32,000 bases of DNA from Gammaproteobacteria bacterium (lineage in GTDB: Bacteria > Pseudomonadota > Gammaproteobacteria > JBIOEC01). The position numbers were made by a program, and so were the translations under genes. Under the pieces are notes generated by a model that made no database searches, was not told the DNA's origin, and saw only the letters and a program-made list of their open reading frames with translations. Numbering within the stretch: position 1 is the stretch's first letter; the number at the start of each line of letters is the position of its first letter. Positions 9,329 through 15,845 of this stretch are shown one piece after another. The DNA lies in assembly GCA_965279305.1 (NCBI GenBank), contig OZ257143.1, forward strand, positions 570,001 through 602,000, read 5' to 3'.

Positions 9329-10759
9329 ATGAAACGTATATTACTTTTATCCCTTTTAATGAGCGCTCCGTTAGGTGCTATGGCTGCGCCCCAACAATTG
9401 GCCAACTATTTAGGAACCGGCAGCGATCCTAAACTGGTATTAGAGCTATCAGAAGAAAACGGCCCAGGCTGGGATTCTTTCACTATTGATTACAAAGGCA
9501 TTGGTGGGATCCCCTACCATTCTACCACCTCCAAAAACTGGAGCCCCTGGAATGTAAAAGACGAATGCGGAAATTATTATGGCACCATCACCTTGCATAG
9601 TAACGGCAGCACAGCTACCTTGGGTGGTTATGAAGGTGGTGAAAACGGATTCTATTTAGAAGGCATTGAATTTGTTTATAACGCTACCGTTAAAGCGTAT
9701 CAATTAACCGTTGATAAAATTAATCGTGGTGAAGAAACTTGCCAAAGTGATGCGGGTCCTTTTCCTTACGCTCCTTTAGCACAACCGGCTGTGTATGCAG
9801 ACACACAAGCAAAAATTACGTTTAGTGTGAATGGCGATAAAATGGTTAACGATAGAGGTGAAGAAATTATATTAAAAGGAATTGTAAGACCTTCTTTAGA
9901 ATGGAATGCGCAAGGCGAATTTTTAAGCGAAGAAGATATTAAAAACATGGTGGCATGGGAAGCGAATATGTTGCGCATTAATATGAACCAAAATTATTGG
10001 TTTCAATCCGCACCTGCTACTGAAAAAGGATCTTACAAACAAATTATTAACGCGTTAGTGTATTACGCAATTGAAAATAATATGGCTGTGGTTTTAGATT
10101 TACATTGGACGGATGGTCAACATCAAAGCAATATGGCCAATAAAGAATCTGTGCGCTTTTGGAAAGAAGTAGCTTATGATTATAAAGATTTTGGAACTGT
10201 GATATTTGAATTATTTAATGAGCCAGTGAATATTGATAAAAATATTTGGCTTAATGGTAATGAGCAATATGCCGGATACCAAGAACTTTTCGATGCAGTA
10301 AGAGAAGTGGGCGCCAACAATATCTGTTTAATTAACGGATTAGATTGGGGTTATGACTTAAGCTTTGTTAACGAATCTTATAAAGTAAATGGAAGCAATA
10401 TTATTTACGGTTCACATCCTTATAATGAAAAAGGAAAAGAATCTTACACCGGCCAAGGCGGCAGCTTTGATAATAACTTCAAAGGTGTACTTGGAACATA
10501 TCCGTTAATGTTCACCGAATTTGGCGTAAACGATCCTTCTTATTTTCCTAATGGCTATCAAGGTGTTTACGAACATATTCTAGCGTATATTAACCAACAT
10601 GATATTAGTTATTCTGCATTTGCGTGGTGGGTAGAAAGTGATCCTGCTAGAGCCAATGTATTCCCATCAGTTATTAAAGATTGGAATGGCTCGCCATTAA
10701 ATGGTGGTGTGTATATTAACGATGATATGCATGCAGAGCCTGGCACTCCTATAGAGTAA
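9329..10759 (+). CDS. Secreted glycoside hydrolase family 5 (endoglucanase/cellulase-like)
   Basis: Sec signal peptide (MKRILLLSLLMSAPLGAMA). GH5 hallmarks FELFNEP (acid/base Glu) and FTEFG (nucleophile Glu). The ~170-aa N-terminal domain is of unknown type. GGAG RBS sits 7 nt upstream. Confidence 0.85.
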   Translation: MKRILLLSLLMSAPLGAMAAPQQLANYLGTGSDPKLVLELSEENGPGWDSFTIDYKGIGGIPYHSTTSKNWSPWNVKDECGNYYGTITLHSNGSTATLGGYEGGENGFYLEGIEFVYNATVKAYQLTVDKINRGEETCQSDAGPFPYAPLAQPAVYADTQAKITFSVNGDKMVNDRGEEIILKGIVRPSLEWNAQGEFLSEEDIKNMVAWEANMLRINMNQNYWFQSAPATEKGSYKQIINALVYYAIENNMAVVLDLHWTDGQHQSNMANKESVRFWKEVAYDYKDFGTVIFELFNEPVNIDKNIWLNGNEQYAGYQELFDAVREVGANNICLINGLDWGYDLSFVNESYKVNGSNIIYGSHPYNEKGKESYTGQGGSFDNNFKGVLGTYPLMFTEFGVNDPSYFPNGYQGVYEHILAYINQHDISYSAFAWWVESDPARANVFPSVIKDWNGSPLNGGVYINDDMHAEPGTPIE

Positions 10760-10790
10760 AACTTTAAAAAAAGTGTTGCTCGAATAAAAC

Positions 10791-10821
10791 CCTGTCGCTT
10801 TAAAAAGTGACAGGTTTTTTT
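10791..10821 (+). terminator. Rho-independent terminator of the GH5 gene
   Basis: 10-bp stem CCTGTCGCTT / AAGTGACAGG (one G-U pair), 4-nt loop, followed by T7. Confidence 0.7.
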
Positions 10822-10991
10822 ATTACCTCAAATATCATTTTGTTAAGTCAAACTAATAGGTGATCTCCCACTTAAAAATCAGCAAAAAAGCAGTGCTATT
10901 TTTATTTTAAATATCTTTTTTCTTGCTATAATACAAATAAAAAAATGAACGAAGGAAGGAAAGTCATTTAACTTTAAATCAAGGTTTTTTT

Positions 10992-11447
10992 ATGCACTCT
11001 GCTTTAGCCGTTGCCAACCGTATTTTAAAACTGGCTCAAGAAAAAGGAAATCGGCTAACCCCTTTACAGCTAATGAAACTGGTATTTTTATGTCACGCAT
11101 GGATGCTAGGTTTACACAAAAGACACTTAGTAGAAGATCCTGTAGAAGCATGGAAGTATGGCCCCGTCATCAAAAAACTATATGATTCGATTAAAGAATT
11201 TAAAAGTAACCCAGTACCCTATCCTTTAAATGATGTTAATAAAATAGAGTTTGACGCAATAGAAGATAACTTGATCACTCAAGTGTATGATGCCTACGGA
11301 CATTTTACTGGCATCCAGCTTTCAGCACTCACACACGAAAAGGGCAGTCCATGGGATCAAGCATGGACAAAAGGTGGAAACAACCCCACCATATCCAATG
11401 ATGTAATAGAACATTATTATCGCAGTCTTGCAGACAACTCTGTTTAA
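10992..11447 (+). CDS. Panacea-domain (DUF4065, SocA-like) putative antitoxin, PanA copy 1
   Basis: 151 aa. Motifs LTPLQLMKLVFLCHAWMLG, EAWKYGPVIKKLYD and THEKGSPWDQAW match the DUF4065 pattern (LKLQKLLY.A..W....G..LF...FEAW..GPV...Y; H....PW). Confidence 0.75.
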   Translation: MHSALAVANRILKLAQEKGNRLTPLQLMKLVFLCHAWMLGLHKRHLVEDPVEAWKYGPVIKKLYDSIKEFKSNPVPYPLNDVNKIEFDAIEDNLITQVYDAYGHFTGIQLSALTHEKGSPWDQAWTKGGNNPTISNDVIEHYYRSLADNSV

Positions 11448-11463
11448 CAGAGGAGCCAACAAC

Positions 11464-11805
11464 ATGAAAAAAGTCCCGTTACCTTTATCAGTACCTGATA
11501 ATAATGAGGCACTGGCAGTGCAGGAAGCCGCATCGTACAACAACGCGTCATTAGAAAAAGATGCTAAAGAAAGAGAACATCACCGCAGAGAAGGGTTTAG
11601 AGATCACGTACACATTGCAGGAAAATTAGTATTTTGGATGATTGTGACAGTAGCAACCAGCATGGTCGCGTTATGGGGCTGGCATATTACGACGCCAATG
11701 CCACTACATTTTTTAGAAGACCATCAACTTTCCGAAATAAAAAGTCTAATATTTTCAGGCACGGTAGTTACCGTAGCATCAGCCTTTCTTAAACGCTATT
11801 TTTAA
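11464..11805 (+). CDS. Small two-TM membrane protein, candidate PanA-neutralised toxin
   Basis: ATG at 11464 is preceded by AGGAG (8-nt spacing) and lies 16 nt after the PanA stop. 113 aa: a polar N-terminal half, then two hydrophobic helices (LVFWMIVTVATSMVALWGW; LIFSGTVVTVASAFL). No recognisable family. The ORF-track start at 11428 overlaps PanA and lacks an RBS. Confidence 0.5.
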   Translation: MKKVPLPLSVPDNNEALAVQEAASYNNASLEKDAKEREHHRREGFRDHVHIAGKLVFWMIVTVATSMVALWGWHITTPMPLHFLEDHQLSEIKSLIFSGTVVTVASAFLKRYF

Positions 11806-11829
11806 TTTTTCTACCGTATCAATCCAACC

Positions 11830-12621
11830 TTAAGAAGGACTATCAGGCATCTCTTGAATAGAAGCCGGTTCTTCAGGGAATGCGCGAACCCCTATAGCAC
11901 CGTCTTGATCTACAACAGCAAATTGATTTGGATCTAAAAGTAGATCAGGAGCTTGTTGCAATGGGGGTTTATAAAAAGGGGAATTATAAAAGTGAGGATC
12001 CCCTTCTAATTGTGCTGCACGCTCTCGTATAGACAAAGAGGGTTTGATAAGAGTAGAATTTGGATACGGAGGTGCGCTAGGTTGTGGAGCGCTAGCTTGT
12101 CGAGCGCTAATTCCTGCCGCTTGCTCATCACTTGCTTGCGGAGCGCTAATTCCTGCCGCTTGCTCCACTAGTAAAGCATGAGCCTCTTTCAAAGCCTTGA
12201 TAATTTTGGCTACAGATGCTCGCGGAGCCTTAGGCAATAAAGCATCGACACCTTGCTTTCTCAAGTTTTTTTCGTTTGCTCTCTGGGGATCTCGTAGCAA
12301 AATCTGAGTTACCAATTCATCATTTGCATGTCTAAGCGCGTGCAAAAACAATGTATTTCCTGGATCCGTATCTCTTTGATCAAGTACCGAAGGATAATTA
12401 TCAATAACAGTAACCACAAGATCTGTCATACTCCGTGCCACTGCTGCAAAAACAACTGTTTGTCCCCCACGTTTTTCTTCAAGCAAATTTAATGCATCTG
12501 TGATATGGCTAGCAAGATAGTCTATAATTAATTGTGTTGCCGTAGCCTTAGCATTCTCATCCTGCCCCATTCGCGAGACATAACCAAACAGCGGATTTAT
12601 AGATCCTAACGAGCTGTACAT
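11830..12621 (-). CDS. Ankyrin-repeat protein with Pro/Ala/Gln-rich C-terminal half (module copy 2, gene B)
   Basis: Ankyrin-like units (GQTVVFAAVARSMTDLVVTVIDNYPSVLDQRD; DPGNTLFLHALRHANDELVTQILL). The N-terminal ~100 aa are paralogous to ORF 13696-14193. Contains a 39-bp tandem repeat. Confidence 0.65.
   Translation of the reverse strand: MYSSLGSINPLFGYVSRMGQDENAKATATQLIIDYLASHITDALNLLEEKRGGQTVVFAAVARSMTDLVVTVIDNYPSVLDQRDTDPGNTLFLHALRHANDELVTQILLRDPQRANEKNLRKQGVDALLPKAPRASVAKIIKALKEAHALLVEQAAGISAPQASDEQAAGISARQASAPQPSAPPYPNSTLIKPSLSIRERAAQLEGDPHFYNSPFYKPPLQQAPDLLLDPNQFAVVDQDGAIGVRAFPEEPASIQEMPDSPS
12102..12165 (-). repeat. In-frame tandem repeat (39-bp period) inside the ankyrin gene
   Basis: The exact 25-mer GAGCGCTAATTCCTGCCGCTTGCTC occurs at 12102-12126 and 12141-12165. 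It encodes EQAAGISA(P/R)QAS twice. GCGCTA recurs four times across 12074-12148. Confidence 0.8.
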
Positions 12622-12639
12622 ATTAAGTTCCCTTATTAA

Positions 12640-13554
12640 TTATTGAGGACTTTTTGCACTCTGAGTCTGAGCAGGTGCTCCTGGTTTATCAGATTTAGAA
12701 AATTTGCCAAATATTCCTCCTGTTACTGGGGTAGCAAGATTATTGCTACTGCTACTTCTGGAAGATGAGCCACTACTACTTCCACTGGGAGTAGGATATT
12801 CATACTCAGGACCAGGAGCAATAGAAAGAATCGGCGCAGCTCGAGCGGCGCTTCTTGCCATCATATTCGTAACACCCTTGCGTGCTTCTTGAGCCTCTAG
12901 TTTTCTGCGCTGTAATGCCGCTAAAGTTTGCGTATTAGCTGCACTTTTTTCAACAGCAACAACTTGAACTTCCACAGACGCTAAAATCTTACTTTCTGTC
13001 TGGGTAATTCGCTGCATCGCCTCTGCTTTTAATGCTTCTCTATGTTCTGCAGTACCTAAAGTCAGATATAAGTTTGCCAATCCTTGAGGCGGTCCTTTTT
13101 CAACAGCAATAATTTCCAGCTGTTTATCAGCATCATCTGCGGCCGCGTCCTCTGGCTTATCGGCTTTGCTTGCTTTCGGCTTAGATTTAGTTTTTTCTGG
13201 TGCTGAGCCAACTCTTTTAGCCTTGACAATTTCATCTGCTATTCGACCTGCAATAATGCTTTGCATAAGAGGAATAAGCTCTTCAGCTTGATCAGGCTCA
13301 TCACTAGCAATATTATCTATAATAGCGAGGAGCGGCCATTTAGGCTTCTCAGGAAACATAATATCTGACAACATTTTTTTTAACCGTTGAACATGTTCCT
13401 CCTGCATAGAATCTGTTTTTGTTTTTTCTAGCAAAGCCACTTTTACTAAGTTATAAAAATCCCTCTCACGCACAAGTTCCATTTTTTGTACCGAGACAAC
13501 TTGAATCGGGGCGGGAGATCTTACTGTCAAAGCACTTGATGGAGATGAAAGCAT
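12640..13554 (-). CDS. Hypothetical protein (module copy 2, gene A); coiled/low-complexity with a Ser-rich tract
   Basis: 304 aa with a GAGGAAAA RBS. The N-terminal ~110 aa are paralogous to ORF 14204-14836 (RDFYNLVKVALLEKTKTD... vs KDFYNLVKQALFTKTKTE...; IIAGRIADEIVKAKRV vs IIAERIADTLIISKRV). Its stop lies 18 nt before the ankyrin gene. Confidence 0.55.
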   Translation of the reverse strand: MLSSPSSALTVRSPAPIQVVSVQKMELVRERDFYNLVKVALLEKTKTDSMQEEHVQRLKKMLSDIMFPEKPKWPLLAIIDNIASDEPDQAEELIPLMQSIIAGRIADEIVKAKRVGSAPEKTKSKPKASKADKPEDAAADDADKQLEIIAVEKGPPQGLANLYLTLGTAEHREALKAEAMQRITQTESKILASVEVQVVAVEKSAANTQTLAALQRRKLEAQEARKGVTNMMARSAARAAPILSIAPGPEYEYPTPSGSSSGSSSRSSSSNNLATPVTGGIFGKFSKSDKPGAPAQTQSAKSPQ

Positions 13555-13601
13555 AATTTTTCCTCAACGTTAGTATCAAAGTAAACTACTGTTCGGCAGG
13601 T

Positions 13602-13630
13602 ATTGTCCCATGAGAAAATATAAGTGTCAA
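13602..13630 (-). promoter_or_regulatory. Candidate sigma70 promoter for module copy 2
   Basis: On the minus strand: TTGACA (13630-13625), 17-nt spacer, GACAAT (13607-13602). It lies 48 nt upstream of the ATG at 13554. Confidence 0.4.
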
Positions 13631-13695
13631 CAATTTCTGCTAAACGCTCTGCATAAAGCACATCTATAAAAAATTCTTTTGCTATATATTTTTTG

Positions 13696-14193
13696 TTACA
13701 TAGGAACACTAGATAGCGTATTAGCAACATCAGGAGCCTGTTTGCGTTTTTTTTCTAATTCATCTGTGTAACGAACCAGAACACATTTGACCCGAAAAAC
13801 CATTTTCTCTGGCGTATGCTTGTCACACAAAGCAAGAGCATCTTCGTCTTTGTCATTAATATCGTAAACAGAATTTATCGACAATTGAAAAATAGCCTCC
13901 AGCACTCTAGAGCGTCCGTATTTTACTGCATATAATGCCGGCGTATTTCCATCCTCATCTTCTCGCTGATTAATTAATTCAGGATATCTGCGTACTAACT
14001 CAATAGCAAGAACAGAAATTCCTCGTTTTATTGCTAAAAAAATAACAGAAAGTCCCTCTCTTTTTTCTTCTAATAATTTTAAAGCTTCTCTAGGATGGCT
14101 TTCTAAATAACATATTACCAATTGTGCAGCGGTATTTCTTCCATCTTCATTTGCATGCATGTTTTTTATGTATGTAAAAAGGGGATTAATCAT
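13696..14193 (-). CDS. Ankyrin-repeat protein (module copy 1, gene B)
   Basis: Start taken at ATG 14193 (MINPLFTYIKNM...), with an AGAGGA RBS overlapping the upstream stop. Ankyrin-like units (EGLSVIFLAIKRGISVLAIELVRRYPELINQRE; EDGNTPALYAVKYGRSRVLEAIFQL). Paralogue of 11830-12621. Confidence 0.65.
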   Translation of the reverse strand: MINPLFTYIKNMHANEDGRNTAAQLVICYLESHPREALKLLEEKREGLSVIFLAIKRGISVLAIELVRRYPELINQREDEDGNTPALYAVKYGRSRVLEAIFQLSINSVYDINDKDEDALALCDKHTPEKMVFRVKCVLVRYTDELEKKRKQAPDVANTLSSVPM

Positions 14194-14203
14194 GTAAATT
14201 CCT

Positions 14204-14836
14204 CTAAACAGGTGTTCCAAAATGTTGATCGTATGCGGATTTTGGAGGAACAGGAGCAGCCTTTACTGCCGCCACTTTAGCACGCCGTTCTTTTAATTCT
14301 ATTAATCTTGCACGCTGCGCGACCATTGTTTCTCGCGCTGCAGCCGATTGTTGTTGGGCCGCTATAAAATCATTTCCTTTTTGCTCTATCACCTGTCCTG
14401 CTTCTGTATACAGAGCTTGTTGATAGGCCGTATTAGTTCGAAGTAGACTATAAAGACTTTCTAAAGCTAAAGGAGCAGAAATATTCTCCATAACAGCTAA
14501 CGCACCCTCTTTATCTTTAGAAACACGTTTGGAAATAATAAGTGTGTCGGCAATTCTTTCGGCAATAATTTTTTTTATAATAGGCTCACTTTGCTCTGAT
14601 AGTGCAGGCTCTTGTGCGGCAATATTATGTATCAATACAAGAAAAGAAGGGTTATCGTTATCATCAAGCATCATCGTACTCAAAACTTGCTTCACAAGAT
14701 CAAAATTTTCATCCGAAATAGATTCGGTTTCTGTTTTTGTTTTTGTGAATAATGCCTGCTTTACTAAATTGTAAAAATCTTTTCGCTCCAAATAAGCTTG
14801 TCGATCAAAACCAGATGAACTAGAATTAGCGAACAT
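14204..14836 (-). CDS. Hypothetical protein (module copy 1, gene A)
   Basis: The ORF-track start at 14896 is a TTG codon. The ATG at 14836 has GGGAG 7 nt upstream (MFANSSSSGFDRQAYLERKDFYNLVK...). Paralogue of 12640-13554. Confidence 0.55.
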   Translation of the reverse strand: MFANSSSSGFDRQAYLERKDFYNLVKQALFTKTKTETESISDENFDLVKQVLSTMMLDDNDNPSFLVLIHNIAAQEPALSEQSEPIIKKIIAERIADTLIISKRVSKDKEGALAVMENISAPLALESLYSLLRTNTAYQQALYTEAGQVIEQKGNDFIAAQQQSAAARETMVAQRARLIELKERRAKVAAVKAAPVPPKSAYDQHFGTPV

Positions 14837-14944
14837 AAAATTGCTCCCGAATGAAGACTGATCACTTGATAATGCGAGTAGAGTCTGGCATAGCAAAAAA
14901 CGACTGTCAAATTGGAGTGAAGAAATATTAGAAAAAATATTTGA

Positions 14945-15808
14945 TTATTGAGGAGCTTGACGTGAAAGAGCCAGTAACGCTTCAGCAGCTGGAGCAGGAT
15001 CCGAGGCTACAGGCAAATACAATGCTACAGGTAACAACAATTCATCTGCTACGTTAGCCGCCTCTTTATCGCGTGATTCAATAAACACTAAAATCCTACA
15101 AGCATCGGTATGACCTTGTGCAGCAGCCCTTCTAAACAAATGAATGGCCGTGTCTTTATCTTGTATTACGCCTATTCCTTTTAAATAGAAAAGACCTAAC
15201 ATATATTGTGATTCATGATGATTTAGTTCGTCCGCTTCTGCAAACCACGCAGCCGCCAAATTTAAATTTTGAGACATACCAGTTCCCTGTAAATAAAGCA
15301 TCCCTAAATTAAATTGCGCTTCTGCTAAATTCTGATTAGCGGCACGCGTTAACCAATTTATTGCCAAATCATAAGCGCCTTCAGCTGTGCCATCAAGAAT
15401 CATTACAGCCAAAGCATTTTGTGCATTTGCATAGCCCTGCTCTGCTGCTTGTTTAAGATAACGAGTGGCTTCTGCATAGTCTACATTCATACCCATTCCA
15501 TCTCTATATATGATACCTATATTATAAATAGCGGGAATATAACCTAATGCAGCTGCACGCAGAAAACACTCGAAAGCCAGCGTATAATCTCGTTTTACAA
15601 CTCTGCCCTGAATATACTTTGCTCCTAATTCAAATAAAGTATTCGCATTAGTCTCTGACATAATCTTAGCCATTATCGCTATGTTAGTACCAAGAGGCCG
15701 GCTAGTGCTCGTCCACATCGGATCTACATCAGAACGTAATTCTTTAGGCGTTGTTTTCACAATCTGGGGAGCAGGAGCCAGGTTAGCGGAAGAGGGATTT
15801 CGGTACAT
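14945..15808 (-). CDS. Sel1/TPR-like repeat protein
   Basis: Repeated ~36-aa Sel1 units (ATRYLKQAAEQGYANAQNALAVM; AINWLTRAANQNLAEAQFNLGMLY; AAAWFAEADELNHHESQYMLGLFY; AIHLFRRAAAQGHTDA). Confidence 0.85.
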   Translation of the reverse strand: MYRNPSSANLAPAPQIVKTTPKELRSDVDPMWTSTSRPLGTNIAIMAKIMSETNANTLFELGAKYIQGRVVKRDYTLAFECFLRAAALGYIPAIYNIGIIYRDGMGMNVDYAEATRYLKQAAEQGYANAQNALAVMILDGTAEGAYDLAINWLTRAANQNLAEAQFNLGMLYLQGTGMSQNLNLAAAWFAEADELNHHESQYMLGLFYLKGIGVIQDKDTAIHLFRRAAAQGHTDACRILVFIESRDKEAANVADELLLPVALYLPVASDPAPAAEALLALSRQAPQ

Positions 15809-15845
15809 ACTAATTCTCTTTACTATTTTTTTGTAACTTTTTGTT

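Noticed and set aside
9766-9978. ORF 9766-9978 (-) inside the GH5 gene.
   Set aside because: Antisense shadow ORF with no independent signals.
10832-10841. The 10-mer ATATCATTTT is shared between the region upstream of PanA1 and the flank of the GTCAA motif (20888-20897).
   Set aside because: An AT-rich 10-mer match is expected many times by chance in a 32-kb AT-rich window.
11322-11543. ORF 11322-11543 (-), antisense across the PanA1/partner junction. Considered as a possible antisense-encoded component.
   Set aside because: No RBS or promoter and an implausible Cys/Ile-rich sequence. The sense-strand genes explain the region.
12704-14774. ORFs 12704-12892 (+), 13527-13730 (-) and 14529-14774 (+).
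   Set aside because: The first and third are antisense shadows dominated by the complement of low-complexity codons (poly-Leu). 13527-13730 spans the intergenic promoter region and overlaps the start of the 304-aa gene, with no RBS.
14837-14896. N-terminal extensions given by the ORF track (14896, 30796 and 31921 starts).
   Set aside because: All three begin at TTG codons. Better ATG+SD starts exist at 14836 and 30781, and 31921 is internal to mnmG, whose frame stays open to the window edge.
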